Shown here: positions 36,111 to 50,769 of the stretch, piece by piece
How the letters are laid out: every line of letters begins with the position of its first letter
How positions within the stretch are numbered: the stretch's first letter is position 1
NCBI GenBank assembly: GCA_008632985.1
Contig: QPGO01000128.1
Coordinates: 1 to 64,000, forward strand
From: Psammoneis japonica
Lineage: Eukaryota
Length of the DNA: 64,000 bases
Direction: 5' to 3'
Position numbers and translations under genes: made by a program
The notes under the pieces: generated by a model
Told to the model about the DNA's origin: nothing
Databases searched by the model: none
Seen by the model: the letters and a program-made list of their open reading frames with translations, nothing else

Positions 36111-38890
36111 CAACAGGCGAATGTGGGTGAGTCAGTGAATTGCAAAAAACACCAATCAAATCAAGACTTTGAGGAGGAATCGCCACACAGTGTCCTTCTG
36201 TTGGGGGCAAGAGAGACTGTCACACCCCGATTCCTCCTCAATTGTCAACATTGACAACCTCGGAACAGTGCACTCATCATGGTTGACGGCTTTTTTCCCT
36301 GCACAAAAAGCACGGAGAACGCGGATGATGGACAAGCAAAAAGCAAAAACATTTGGTCGAGCCATTCAAGCCACAATGCAACTTTCACGCAGAACTTTCA
36401 CGGAGTGTGCCTGGCAATCAATCTGCTGTCTGTGTGCCATGCGTGTCAGAATTCCCTCCTCAGCAGCCATCACACCAGCTCTGGTGTGACGACTGGTGGG
36501 AAAAGATCTGTCGTTGCAGTTGATCTGGACTCAACAACATTGTGTGAGAACAAAGTGAAATGCCATGCCAAGAACACAAACAAGTGCAATGCTGGAGAAG
36601 CAAGCAACACCGGTGCATGAACATTGACCACACAGGTGGCACGCCACCAGCAGGCATCACACCAGGCACTGGGCACCATCGCACACTCGTCAGCACCACT
36701 CCAGGCAGGTGCAGCTGAGGCACTTGGCACTCACACAGCAAGCAGAGGAAAAACGTGAATGACGCTGCTTTCTTCTTTGTTCCAAGGTCCACTGAGCATG
36801 ACCAACCCAGTCTGAGCACCCCACAGAGAGTCACAACCAAGTTTCCCAGCCTTCTTTGCTTCTTGCTGCAGCAGGTGCAGCCCCCCACTTCCTGCAAGAA
36901 CAGGCCATTTTCTCCATCTTCTTTTTGTCCCATGTGAGACAAAAACCTTGCAACATCCCTCACACCCACCAAGCTGATCAAGAACATCTCTTTTCATTGC
37001 ACTCTTGATCAGGCACAACCCCGCCATCCTCAAAAACCACTTTTCAACATTTTTGAGCTTTGCCACATGTCTGACCATGACACCCCACACTCACAAAAGA
37101 CCAAGCAGCTCCAACCACTTTTTTGTTGTGTTTTTGTCCATTCTTCAATTTTCATCCTGGCCCCACCTTTGTCTGGCTGGAGCACCGCCACAGCCCCCCC
37201 TGCTCCTCATTGTTTTTCAAGTTCTTGGACAAGGGGTCAAAATGTTGCCCCTCCCATTTTGCAGATGAGAGAAAGAAAATCACCCCCAACCACCAACATC
37301 AATGTCTTTCAACTGCTTTTCCAGGACATGACCCAGTTTCCTGGCCTTCTCCAAAACAAGCTGCCGGCCAGTGCAACCTCATGCTCCAAGAAGAAGGCTC
37401 ACCATGATGTCTTGGATGTGAGTTCATGGAACATCACCTCCCCACTTCTGGAGCCAAGCCACAAAAAAGAGTCAAAACTTTGTTCCCCATTTTTGAAAAG
37501 CAACATTCCAAGCCATTCCTCAAGAAGACTGCCAAGCTTTCCAGCACTCTTTGAAATGCTCCACTTGCTTTTGACCACCTTCCAAAGTTCTTTCCACATC
37601 CTTGACATGTGCTCATGGAACATTGCACTGCATCATCTCTTGCGCTTCTGTGTCAAAGACAAGGAGTCAAAGCACTGCTTTCCATTTTTGAAAAGCAGTG
37701 CTTTGAGCAATGCAAACTTCTGTGAGACTCCAGCCACAAATGCTGCTGAGCTTTCTGGCATTCCCGGAAGAGAGTGCTGCATTTTTCAACACATCCCAGG
37801 GTTCTCCCCATCCTCAACATGGCTTTGTCATGGAGCAAGGCAATGTTGGAATTCTGTGAATCCTGCCAGCTCAGCTGCCATTTTAAAAGGAGGGCAAAGT
37901 GCTGAAAAGGGCACATGGATCACAGACACTGGCCATGTTGATCATTCTCATCCAGAAAGACACAAGCTCCTTCTTGGTTGCTTTTGAAGCAAGTCTTTTT
38001 TCTTGTTTGGCTTGATGTCATTTTTGTCCAGAATGAGGGGCACGTGTGCCACTCAACACACAGTCTTCTGCTTCAACCAAGAAGTGGCCTGACATGTCCA
38101 ACAGTTTTGCAGCTTTTGCAATCTTGTTGGGTGACACACATGCACTTCCTTTGTTTTGCAACATTTCCACAGGCCTGCAAAGTCAAATGACAATGTGAAG
38201 CCAACTGCAGTGCTTTCAACATGAGCTCTGGTGGGGGCACTCTTTCCTCCACTTTGCTCAAATGTGGGCATTGTCACCCCCCACTGGCTCCTGAGCCAGC
38301 ACCAAACCTTTGTTGCCATTGCTGCTGTCCTCATTGAAAGATTTTTGAGCAGCTCCCAACAAAGCCTGACTTGTTGAGCTTTGTGTCATAAAAAAGAAAG
38401 AACAAAATGGCTGATCTTGGCCCAAAGGACACTGCAAACACACATGCACACAAAAATGCCATCACAAGTGGCAAAGCTGTCAAGTTGGATCCTCACGCCA
38501 TTGATGCAGGTCCAGAGTTGTGTCATGTCAATGACTCATTTGGAGCTCTGTGGAAGCAAATTAGATGACAGTGCAGTGGCATTTTTCCACACAGGTCATG
38601 GTGCACAACATGCTGCCATTGTTCACATGGACAAAAACACATGTTGCAAGTGCAAGGTGCAAGGTTTTGTAGAACCTGATGCTTCCATCTGGGTTTTGTT
38701 GCTTCCACACCATTCCATGACTTCTGGCCCAAACTGCTCCAATTGCAACACAACATCACACAACAACGCAGCTGTCATTCATTTTGTTCCTTGTCTGCCA
38801 CAAGAACTCCACATGTTGTCAAAAGATGCAACCTTTTCAAACAAGCTTTTGGCCCCAAAATGTGACAAGTTTGCAAGCATGGCTGCAGCT

Positions 38891-38892
38891 CA

Positions 38893-38926
<34 letters not shown>

Positions 38927-38928
38927 TG

Positions 38929-38960
<32 letters not shown>

Positions 38961-39001
38961 AACAGCAGCAACAACAGCAACAGCAGCAACAACAGCAACA
39001 G

Positions 39002-39033
<32 letters not shown>

Positions 39034-39064
39034 ACAACAACAACAACAACAACAACAGCAGCAG
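38891..39064 (+). repeat. (CAG/CAA)n microsatellite, about 58 triplets
   Basis: Read directly; flanked on both sides by AAGTTTGCAAGCATGGC. Confidence 0.97.
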
Positions 39065-41813
39065 TGCTGTGGAAAGTTTGCAAGCATGGCGTGAGCTCTG
39101 GTGGGGCTCTTTCTCAACTTTGCTCAAATGCAGGCATTTTCCCCAGCTGGCTCCCAAGCCAAAGCATTGAATTTTTGTTGTCATTGCCACTGTCCTCATT
39201 GAAAGCTTTTTGAGCAGCTTCCAAAGACAAACTTGCTGACCTTTGTGTGATGAAAAATGAAAAAGAAGGGACAGTGGTGCACATCAGCCCAGGGCACACA
39301 ACAAACAAACACACACACAAATGCCATCACTGGTGGCAAAGCTGTCAAGTTGCATCATGTTGTTGATGAATGTCCAGATTCATGTTGTGTCAATGATTCA
39401 TTTGGTGTTGTGGAAGTGAATTGGACTGTGGTGTGGTGGCATTGCTGCACAGGTGCTGCTGCCCAACGTGCTGCTGTTCACAGGCAAAAACACCCATGTT
39501 GCTTCCACGCACCGTCACCAGATGCACATCAATTTGTGTGCATGCTGAGTGTGCAAATGTGTCTGCAGATGACAACAGATGATTCATGCACCTCTGGCTG
39601 CCACCCACCACTGCTGCTCATGCGTGACTCCTGCTTCACAGGAAACAAAAATTGACAGAATTGCACAGAATGTGCACTTTTTTCCACATTCTGTTTGTTC
39701 ATTCCATGAAAAATGAGGCCTTTTTTTGCACTCCATTTCTGACTTTTCTGTGGAATGTGCCCTCATGTTCCATGTCAAAGTGTCAGCAATTGGAGCATGA
39801 CAGTCACATTCCATTCTGACCACCAAGACAGGTGCACTCCATTTTGGTGCAGAAATGTTGAGGCATCTTTTCATTGCATTGTGGCCACACGGAATGCCAA
39901 GCCTGTGTCTTCTGTGCATGCCAGCATTCCATGCACAGGACAGAGGTTGATGCATTTTTGCATTCTCTGTCATCAATGATGATGCCAACATGTTTTGTGC
40001 CATTCGGCACACAGCATGGAATGAGAACATTGCATGCAACTGAAGTGACAACATCTGCATGGTTTGTGATGCTGCTGCTTAAATTCTCTCCATTTGTCTC
40101 TCTGTCACTGCACACAGCATGGAATGAGAACATTGCATGCAACTGAAGCAACAAACATCCACATGGTTTGTGACACTGCTGCTTGAATTCTCTCCACTTG
40201 GTTCTCTGTCATTTCAATGATTCAAGCAACAACAACATCAAGATTGCAGGGGAAGGGGGTGTTGTCATTGGGATTTGGGATTGCTGTTGTGTTTTTCTGT
40301 CTTTTTTTGTCATGGAAAATGTCACTCAAATTGTTCATTTCTGAGCTTGCATCAAATTCTCTGTTGCAGTTCCTTGGCATGACAATGCAGAAGTGGCAGA
40401 TGAAGTCCTTAAATGGAGCTGGAGCAAGAATCCTGAAATCTGCACTTGTTTCATTCATTGCAATGTGGCACACACTCAAACACATGCTTTGAAGAATGCA
40501 TGAAGCAGCAATGGCTCAAACCTTGGGAGTGGCAGATGGACATGGAAAACAACACAAAAAATGTTCATGGTCACATTTGATGTTCATTTGACAATGCCTG
40601 GTAAAACGTCATTGAATTCTGTGTTTTTTTGTCTGTGCAGAATGCACTGCAATTGACGCCAGAGGAGAGGACATGCTCTGGACACAAATTTTTCTCTCAC
40701 TTCTCATCCGCTCTTTCACAAAACACAGAAAGCAACAACGGTGGCATCCAAAGCAACAGCGACAAACAACAGCAGCAGCAAGCACATGATTGTGTGGTTT
40801 GATGGGTGATGATTGTGGCACACTTGATGGCAAGCCATGATGGGGTTGACCAGAGCTTCAAAGTTTGCTTGCGCTTGCATTTTCTTCTCTCTTTTTGCTG
40901 TTGAGGTTCATTTTCCACAGGGTTCTGATTCTGAGTGTTGCTGCTCTGCAGCTGAGAGAGTGGTGCCACATCACTGGCCGCTCTGTTTTCTGGTGATGGA
41001 GATGTGTGGGCAGCCATGTCCATCGACAGTCAACAAGTGCTGCCATCTTTTTTGGCTTTTGTTCTGCAACCTTGAACCTGTTGCTCACTTTTTACTTTGT
41101 TGCATTGTGCTCATGTTTTGCAAAGGTTGAAGCACCCTTTGTCATCCAACGGGCAACCAAAATCATCAAAAGAAGAAACGCATCGTTCTGAGATTCAGCC
41201 AAGTGGTGCAGCGTGAAGCAATCGGTCATGCAAAGGCAGGCAGAGCACCAGCATGGGCAGAACAGAAGTTCTTGTTCAATGGAAATGCAGTGGCACAACA
41301 ACCCCATTTTAAAACATGGCTTTGTTCTGCAATGCACTCCATGCCACATGCTGTGGCTGGCACCCCACATTCCGATCGCAGGGCGGAAAGTGAGACCATT
41401 GCATTCCGTGTCTTTGATTGAGCGCAAGGAATCCACAAATGGAATGTGGCAAAAGGAATGGCAAATGGAGTGCACAATTTAAATGGCCTTTTTCTGACAA
41501 ACAAAATGGTGAAACGGAATGTGCAAATTTCATCCTGGGTGCGGAACGTGGTGTGCGTCAGAATGTGATGCGGATTTTGATGAGGCTTTTTTTGTTTGCT
41601 CTGTGTCGTCATTTGCACTCCATTTTGAGGTCTTTCCTGATGGTCACACACACATTCCGTGCAATTCATTCCATGGATTCTTCATCCTTGTCAATGGGAG
41701 TCATTCAAAAATGTCACAAGAGTCACAATTGGCACTTTGCATGAGGAAAAATGCCAAATCATGTGGAAATGCACACAATGTCATGTGAGAGGGTGATCAG
41801 AGCTGGTGATTTT

Positions 41814-41915
41814 TCGGGAACTCAATTGAAGTGTCATCTGACCAAAGGCATTTTAATTTGCTGCATGGTGAAGAGCAATGCCTTTGGTCAGATGACACTT
41901 CAATTGATTTCCCGA
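41814..41915. repeat. Near-perfect hairpin: 39-bp arms (one mismatch) and a 24-nt loop
   Basis: TCGGGAACTCAATTGAAGTGTCATCTGACCAAAGGCATT versus AATGCCTTTGGTCAGATGACACTTCAATTGATTTCCCGA. Confidence 0.93.
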
Positions 41916-42149
41916 GAAGTTGACATTTGAGTGCGGATGGGTGGACAGACTGAAATCAATTGTTTCTGGTGCTCTTCTGCACAATTTCCATGCAACGACT
42001 CTGAGAGCCGCAATGATTCCTGTTGCTCCTGTGCTTTGTTTGACCATTTCACATTTCTGGCCAACTGTGACACATCACACAACAACACAATCATTGCATT
42101 CATTGTTGTTCCTTGTCTGCCATGACAGTTCTGTGTTCATTGTTGAAAG

Positions 42150-42610
42150 ATGGAACCTTCAAACAAGCCTGCGGCCCCAAAACGTGACAAGTTTGCAAGC
42201 ATGGCTGCAGCTCAGCTGCAGCAGCAACAACAACAGTCAGCACCACCACATCGCAGAAAGTTTGCAAGCATGGCGGCAGCCCAAGAAAGGTCTGCTTCCA
42301 GCGAGAGTGCTGCATCAGAGACAAAAAAGGACGCCAATGATGACAAAGACATTGCACAGAAACAAAAAGAAGCCTTGCAGAAATGAATCAATCAACGTCA
42401 AGCTGTGCTGAGAGATTTGGAGGTGGCTGAGCAAAAGACTTGGAAACTGTTGGAATTGGCATCCACCACGACGCAGTTGCTTTCGGGTTTGAATTTCAAC
42501 CAAGATGAGGTTTCAGAGCTGAGCAAATGATGCCGTGATGCACTGCAACAGGTGCACTTGCTCCTCATGCCTCACACGCACTTTGTGGTGCCCTGTCAAA
42601 ATCACAAAAT
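42150..42610 (+). pseudogene. Decayed copy of a small helical host gene (weakly Mediator Med11-like); second partial copy at about 38825-39090
   Basis: MEPSNKPAAPKRDKFASMAAAQ...RKFASMAAAQ, continuing after stops as LRDLEVAEQKTWKLLELASTTTQLL...FVVPCQNH. The upstream region also aligns with 38720-38890. Confidence 0.35.
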
Positions 42611-45600
42611 TGACAAGCAAGACACCAAGAAAATGCAAGAAAACAAAAGCAACAACATGCACACAGCATGAGTTGAGGTGAGACCAGCCAAGGAAAAACA
42701 AGAGATTCCATCAGAATTTTTGCGACTGGAAAAGCAACAAGCAAACAATGATCTGGGGACTCCATTGAGCCAGAACACTTGCAAGCATCCACGAGAAGAG
42801 TGGCAACAACTCCAACACTCTTGAGTCATTTCGACTTTGCATGCCCCATGTGGTGAGTTGCTGCTGCTGAAAGGCAAGACAACAAGCCTCCAGAAGGAGC
42901 AAATCATCCTCAGCATCACTTTCACTGCAAGCATGCTTCCTTGCTTTGGTTTTTCTTTAGCTTGATGCAAAAAGACCTCCTTTTCTAGGTGGAAGAGGAC
43001 ATGGTCTGTGCTGTTGATGTGGCTGGCAAGTTGCTTTGCCTTCATGGCCATGCAAGCACAGCTGCGTTTCCTTCGTGGCCTCAGGTGCAAGCACATGCAA
43101 AGCACGGATTGCATTGTTTTGGCATTTTGTTGTTCAAAGTTTCAGAGCTGTTGCATCTGTCATCTGCCCCAGCGGTTTGTCTGCTTCTTAGTGTGTTGTT
43201 TCATGCCCTGACATGAACATGATGTGCGTCATTGTGTCGGTCATTTCTCCCCAAGGCAACAGTCACATTGGTCTGGAGCAGCTGCCGGCATCAGAAGTTC
43301 AACACTCGGAAACCAATTGATCAAGTTTTTGAGTGCAAGTTGTGAGTCTGCAGAGGAAGAATCAGCAAGACGGAGAAGGCAATCTTTTGTGCTTGGTCAG
43401 AAGCTGACTCCACTCCATCCCAACCTGCTCAGGGCCGCTCTCACGGTCTCACAACCAAATTTCTCAGCCTTTCTCAAATGGCACAGCTTGCATGCTCAGC
43501 CTTTCCCATTCTCCACTTGACAACAAGCAACTTGCAATTTTCCTCTCATTTTTTGAGCTCAGCAATGGAAAACATGATTGGACTTTTGCACGTGCAGCTC
43601 CCAAGCTGCACCAAGGTCTTCAAGTCTTTTTTCAAGCACCTGGCCAAGCTTTCCTGCCTTTTCATTGTGAGATGCATTTTCAACCACCATCCAAGAGATT
43701 GTTTTCTTTCTGCACAGAATGGCTCTCATTGCTTTGCTGCTCACCAAAGCATGTGGTGTCCTCAGCAAAAAATTGAAAAACACCTCAAGTTGTGATGCAC
43801 CCTCCATCAGATCTTCTTGTGGCCTCTCCTGAAGAAGAGGATGAAAACAAATCAAACAAGGAGGACAACACCAAAATGACATGCAGCTTTTGGCGTGGTG
43901 TTTGGCAGTGCAACAACTGACTTCAACGATCAAGATCAATGTGCCAATGCTGCCAATTGCAACACACCATTGACAAACAAATGACAGATGCCCCAAATCC
44001 AAATTGCATTGTTGCCAAAGTCAGGTGACTTTTCTGCACATGTGGTTGGAGTGCCCATGAATTGAGGCATCACCCCATCTCAGTGGATGTTGCTTGCATG
44101 CCAAATGGTTGCTTCTCAAACAGGCTTTTGACAGATTTTTTTTTACTGAGTTGCCAGCTCAGCTCCATCAAAAGCAGTTGGACATTGGGAACATCTGTCT
44201 GCCATTCAGCCTTGAAGTTGCTGCAGCATTGACAAACAACTGGGCCATTGTTGGCAAGGCACAGATGGCCCCACATCTCAGGCAAGATTGGCAGGAGGAG
44301 ATGCCTCCATTTCATCTCAAAGCTGTCCCAGTGGAGGAGTTAGAATCACATGGAAAGGAAGGTCACATCTTCTGCCAGAGTTGTGTCTTTGGCGCCACAT
44401 TGTCTCGGGTGAGCCACAAAGCATCGTGCAGATCATTTTGCCTTTCCAAGTTCTCACTCTGTTTCAAATCACAATTTTACAATGTTGGTCAGTCAAAGAA
44501 CATTGTGTGCAACAAAAACCATCAACCACCAGGAGTTTGCATTTGCCCAGCCAACACAGACAAAGTTTGTTTCATTGCACTTGCTCCACACAGACAAAAT
44601 GACCTGTCCACTGGGCACAGGCAAAGTGGTGAGCTCCATGCAGCAAGACTGTGGCACAGATGGGAAAGTTTGCATGTGCTGCTTTTTTGAATGTCTCGAA
44701 TCATGTGCTGTTTGTGTCTCATGAGCTGTCAAATGTCGCTGCAAAAGGCATGTGCAGCCAAGTTTCTTGTTGATGCAGACTTGCTTCTGGGCAAAGCACT
44801 GGATTTGCTTGGTGCCAATTGCAGCCACTTCTCTCATAAATTGAAAGCACAAAGTGAGGCAGACAAGCTCAAGGAAAAAACTCCTTGGTTTGGGTGAAGA
44901 AGTGCTGGCCCTTGGACTCAGTGAATTGCACAAATGGCAAGTGTCAGAGAGCCACTTTGTTGTTTGCTGTGGATGAGAACAAGCGGCAGGCTTGGCTGTG
45001 TCCCCAACTTTGGTTTGACTGATTTGGACAAGACAAAAAATCATGGCACAAAGAAAATTGTTTGTGGAAAAGAAAAAAGGGTGCCAGCTTCTCAAACACA
45101 CTTGTGGCTTGAAACAAATTGGCATGGTGTGATTGGCCTGGCAAGAAATTTGCACTTCTTGACCCAGGTGTGGAGCAATTTGTTGCTTGCAGAGCATGTG
45201 CACTCATCTTTTTCTGACTTGCACCCAGCAATGGTGTTGTGACAAACAACAAGTTGGCACCTGGTGTTGGCACACGTGCAAGGTTTTTGAGTTGCTGCAG
45301 TTGCCACAGGAGGAAGCCAGTCTCAGCCTGCTGTCACAAGAAACCAGCAGGGTGATTGAGGATGGGCTGCACATTGTCTTTTTGCCATGTTGCAGAGGAA
45401 GAACATGATGAGCACCAAGATCATGATGAACGCACTGCATTGGCAACAGTGCAAGTAAAAAAAAAAAACAGAACCCAATGCACAAGAACTCCACCCGTGC
45501 CTCAAGAACAGAGCATTGAGCAGAAAATGACATTGACAAAAACAGTGCAAAGTGAGGTGAGTTTTAGAATGGCAGCTGCATCTGATGCACATGAAGTGTT

Positions 45601-45859
45601 GGTCTTGCCTTGGAAAGCTTTCCTTGCCTGATGGAGGTGTCTTGCAAAACAAGTTGTGTGGGGTCCACTTTTTTTTCATCACTGGTTCTTCTGCCATTTC
45701 CCCGTGGTGCCCCGTCTTTTGCTGCAGCAATTTTCAATCACTGTGTCTCCTTTTTCTCATTCCCAAACACTCTTCTGACTTGACACAGCTCCTCCTGCAC
45801 TTGCAATTCTTTCCCCAAGCAAAAGAAAATAAAAAAAAGAAGATCAAGGTGCAAGCTTC

Positions 45860-47250
45860 AATGACGAAAGATGTTGCTGCAGTTGGAAAAAACCCCTGTG
45901 TGCACCATGCAATGCACTCTGTTTGCTGACTGGTCTTTTTGTGGCACCAAGATCAGCACTGGGAGCCCATGCATTGGAATGCCAGGGGTGTCATTTTGTT
46001 TCAGAAAAGCAGCTGTTTCTTCCAGTGCAAGCCATTTCTGGAAGCTCAGCAATGACAGTTGGTTGCTCTCCAATGGGTGGACTTTCTGACCCAAGCCATC
46101 ATGCTGAGGCATTTTGGAGGACCCTGCTTTTGTTGAAGCAACCTCAACAGCTGCCTTCAATGATGACGGCACTGTCATTTTAGACCAATCAATTGCTGCC
46201 ATGTCCAAAAAGTCTGAAGGAAAAGTGGCTCATGCAGGCTGACCATGCAAGGGTGACAAAGGGTTGCCAACCCCAACAAATGGTGCCCCATCAACAGACA
46301 CACTTTGTTGGCAAAGCTCAGCTCTTGTGGCGGGGCCACAACCACAGCTGGGCCACAATGTTGAGCTGCTGCATTAAACTCTGTTGGATGTCACCCATCC
46401 CCAGAGGCACATCAATGACAAGACAATCAAAACCACCCCAGCCAGCCATGCTCAACTCTTGGTCAATGAGTTGGGTGACGAGCAGCAACCATGGGCCTGC
46501 ACACCGTGGCACTGCCCCGTTGTCAATGCATCCGAAGCTTGTAAAATGAAAGGCTGATGTTTTTGTTGCAGTGGAGCAATTTGGCATCCCACAAAGTGGA
46601 CAATGTTGTTGCTTGGCTCTGTCATGGTGTGGGCCACAAGCTGGGGTTGCAGATGATGGCATCAAGAGTGCCTCCACCATGGCGCCTGACTCTTTTCCAG
46701 GGCAAAGGCAAGAGTGACCAAAGTGGTGGATTTTCCCACCCCACCTTGGCAATGGCCAATCACAAGGGCAATGGCACCTGCTTGTGTCAAACCAAAGGCA
46801 TCCATTTCAGTGTGTGTTTCTTGGGCCATCATTTGCATGTGAGCACCTTCTGCCCAAGGCAGAGCTTTCGCCAATTGTTTTTGCTGTTCTTGAGATGAGT
46901 CCTTGATGGAGCACACTGGTGTTGTAAATTGCACATCACAGGAAACATCGTTTTCATCATCTTTGCTCAAATGGCAAAGCCCAGCAGTTGTGTGATGACA
47001 TCAGCATTGAGATCAGGGCCAGTCATTTGCTCCAAGGTTTGCAGTTTGTAGAGCACTGGGCTGCCCTGCCATTTGGTGGGAGGAGGAGTTGGCAACAAGG
47101 AGGCATGCAGTGTTTGCAGTGGTCTGCTGGAAAACAACAATGACGACAGAGCAGAAGCCATTGTCACATGGATGAGAGCCAGAAAAATCAGCAAGAGATC
47201 AGCTTGCTGAAGGGGCAAGTGTGGCACCCACTCCTTCTTGTTGTCATCAT
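45860..47250 (-). pseudogene. HCF101: HCF101-like (Mrp/NBP35 P-loop Fe-S assembly factor with N-terminal DUF59) pseudogene, copy A
   Basis: GPDLNADVI..LGF, VSCDVQFTTPVC (DUF59), CQGGVGKSTT..LAFAL, SFGCIDNG, VTQLIDQ, WGGFDCLVIDVPLGMGDIQ. Fragmented by stops and frameshifts. Confidence 0.75.
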
Positions 47251-50039
47251 GACAACTTGATGGTTGGAAAAATTTTGGCTTGTTTTGTTTTGTTTTTAAT
47301 GAACTGATGAGGTTGACCAAAAACATGAGGGAAGTGCCTGACTTCCAACCACTTTGACATGAGTCAGCCAACACGAATGCTGGTGACACACCAAGAAGCC
47401 ACTTTTGACACACAAGAACCCAATTGATTGAGATGACATCACACAGCAGTGAGCAACCTTTTTAGATCCTCCAGTGCAGAGTGGCAGTTTTTGTTGTGGG
47501 GATGAAAAGGAGCAAAAACTGCAAGTCCACAGCCCCACAATCAAGCTGACCCAACTCCAACCAGCCAACAAACAAAATGTGTTTGCCGCGGCCCACACAA
47601 ATGCCACCAAGAATGCTGCTGGAGAGGAGCACAAACCCCTGGTTCCTTGTTGCACTTTCTGACTTTGGAGGGCTGACAGCGTTGCTCTTCATGCCTTGTA
47701 AAAGATGTTGGGTGGCCATCTCCATGCTTCAGAGCCCTGTGTGGCAAGGGCTTCTTGAGAGCAGAACTTTGACTGGTGTTGGGAACCACTGTCTCAATGC
47801 CTGTTGCAACTGGTGCACTTTTTATGAGCTCCAAGAACATTGTGTTTGGTTGTGAAAATGATCCCCAATCCATGCCAGTCAATTTTCCCTCCATTGTGAT
47901 GACAGCCAGTTGATTTTGCTGAGGCCCCTCATCTTTTCAGAAAACCAGCTCGAATCAAGCCAGTTGCAGGATGAGTTTGTTGGAGGGAGGAAGCGAATCC
48001 ACGAATGGGGCATGTGTCACACCCCCTCACACAGTGCATGATGTTGGCCAGTGGGAGCCAAAGCATGACACACAATGCAAACTGCATCCTTGCAGCAGCT
48101 TCACTTGTTGCACTGCAGTGCAAAAAAGAAAAAAAACATCAGACATCTGTCATGCCAAAAAAACCCAAATTTTGGGAATGCAACTGCTGTTTTGCAGACT
48201 CTGGGACTCTGTCAACAATCCACCTTAAAACAAAATCATGAAACACAACAAAGACAACCTTGTCATGGTCATGGCAGTCCAAGTCTCAAAATGACAGTAG
48301 AGAAAAGGAGGGTTCAAGTGCAAAACACAAAAAATGGCACCTCAAAAATTGGGTCTGCAATGATGGCAAACACATGCTGCACACACAGCAGGAAGTCTTC
48401 TTTGCAATGACAGAAGCTCGCTGCATTGTGTGTGGAGCTTTCAAGGAGCATTTTTGCAGTTGCAGCATCAGAGTTGCTTTCGCAACAGTCGACCAAGATC
48501 AACAATCTTTGTGTTGATTCATGTCGCCAAAACACAACAACCAACAATGACAAGCACATGGTCCATCGACATGTGTTAAATGCAAGAGGATGCAATGGTT
48601 GAAAGTGTGTCAAAGGATTTTTGTGAATGTGATGAGCCATTTTTGCGTCCCCACATTTGTGGCTGATTTGTGGATCTCAATGTTCAAATTTGGTGCAGGC
48701 GAGCGCATTGCACATGCGAGGCAAGATGTTGCAAGCATTGCAACAGCTTCGTTGTCATTGCAGAGACTGCTTTGTGGAGTGGAGTTGACATCATCATCTC
48801 TTGTGTCATTTGCCAAAGTGGCACATTGTTTTCTGCCTCCAGTGCATTTTGCCTGCCTCAATTGAGGGAAAAACCCAGCAGACCAGACACTCTCCAGGCC
48901 AGAGCAGCTGTCTGCTGGCATCTGTGGTTGGAAAGTGCACAAATGGCTGTGTTGATCTGTGGCATGTGAGGGCTTGGATGAGTGTGCACCAACATGAGAA
49001 GTGGTCAGTCCCACCCACTTGTGACTCAGCACTTTGCTGCAGTGAAAACTGCACAGGAATCCAACAATGACAAAAATGGTCAGATGACCTCTGCCAACAG
49101 CAATTCAAGCTGCACCTGACACACATTCTTTGTTCTTGAACACATGAGTTGACCACTTCAAACATCACATGCAGTTGCTTGGACAAACTGGCAGCTTGTC
49201 TGAACGAAAGATGAGTTGTGCTGAGCACTGTTGCTTTTGTGCGCAGTGCAGTGCTCAGCATCATTTTGGCAAAGGTCAGTGAAGTGACTGCATGCAATGC
49301 TCAAAGTTGTGAATTCATGCGCAAAAGAATTGGGAATGTGTGTCAGGTGCAGCTTGTCTGTCTGTGTCTCCTCCTTGCTGGCTCTGACCCACAACCGGGC
49401 TGGAGACAGATGGGTGAGACGAAGTTGGGGTTTGGGGCTGACCACATTGAAAATGACCAAATTTGCATGCGGTCTTTGTTGCACACAAAATGGTGTCCAA
49501 TGACTTTCAAAGGCTTCGGGACTTCACAAATTGGCGCCAAAGATTCCAAATTTTGAATTGCTGCAGTCATTTTTGGGCTGGGATGCCATTGACTCCTGGC
49601 CAGTCGACAGGCCATTTTTCCATTTTGAGGTCATTGGTCATTGGCATTTGAGTGCCGGTTGCTTTTGTCTTTCAATTCTTCACCCTTGGGTGTGAGTGTG
49701 ATGTGGGCAGTGGGACTTGGCCTGCAATGATGCCATTTTTCAGTTGAGATGATGGATTTTTGGGTTTTTGTGCTTTTTGTTGCACATGCAAGCTTGCTTT
49801 CAAACCGGTGGACATGCATGCAGAGACAACTCAACCCCCTTCGTTTCCATGCCTGACAAGGACAATCACACAATGCAAGCCTGGATTGTTGCTGCACTGT
49901 TGAAACCAATGTCTGATGTTTGCAACCTTCAGTTACACTGCCTTGCATGATCATTTGCAGCAGGAGCCTGAGAGCCTTCTTGGGGCCCTCTTGCATGCCT
50001 GAAGTGACCAAGAATGCCAGTGACATGACCTCCATTTCC

Positions 50040-50300
50040 CTGTCATCAAGCTTCTTCCTGAGATGAAGTCCCCCTTTCTTGTTGTCACTCTAGACAGAAC
50101 CACATGAACCCAGTTGTCTCTGTGGTCAAAGTTGTTGACAACCAGGCTCTCAATTGCCCCCCCCCCCCCCCCGGAGCTTTTGTGTGCAGTTGCTGCATTC
50201 TTGTTGCACAAAACTGGGAGCTGAGTCATCTGCATCCTCCAACTGATTTTTGGGGTTCTGTTGTCAATGAAACCCATCACAAGGATGGGCAAGTTGGCAG
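50040..50300 (-). mobile_element. C-terminal fragment of a PIF1-like helicase (Helitron-type); partial second copy at about 55350-55470
   Basis: MTQLPVLCNKNAATAHKSSG...NWVHVVLSRVTTRKG resembles the PIF1 motifs A.T.HK.QG and YV.LSR (Y->H). Confidence 0.6.
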
Positions 50301-50769
50301 CGCACATCTCTCTCCTTTGAAGCCACACAAAATGGACCTCACCACAGTGCACACAACTCACCTCATGCCTCAAGATGGATTGCAAAAATTTGAAAATTGC
50401 ATCCTCATGATCATTGAGCAGCATCATGACTTGCTTTTCCAACAGAGTTGCAGAGAAATGGCTTCCAAGCACTTGGCAGTGAGAGCTGGTGTGGTTGCTG
50501 TCTTGCCTGCAGCCACGGCAATGGCCACATCAACACTGTGTTCATTTGAACACTCGTGCTGTGCTCCCATTGAATGAATGTTGTTCCTTTGCTTCACAAA
50601 TCAAATTTGGCCATCATCCAGGAAAATCATTGGCAAGGATTCATTCCCATTGTTTGGCAGTGACTCACGCTTTCCAGAACTTGTCATCATGACACTTGAG
50701 ACATGGTCAAAGAGCAATCTCAAAAACAATCAAAGAGATCATGCACAAGAGCAGCAGCAGCTTGCAGTT

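Noticed and set aside
38775..39213. PolyQ, polyC, polyL and polyA ORFs
   Set aside because: These are translations of a CAG/CAA microsatellite in a decayed region.
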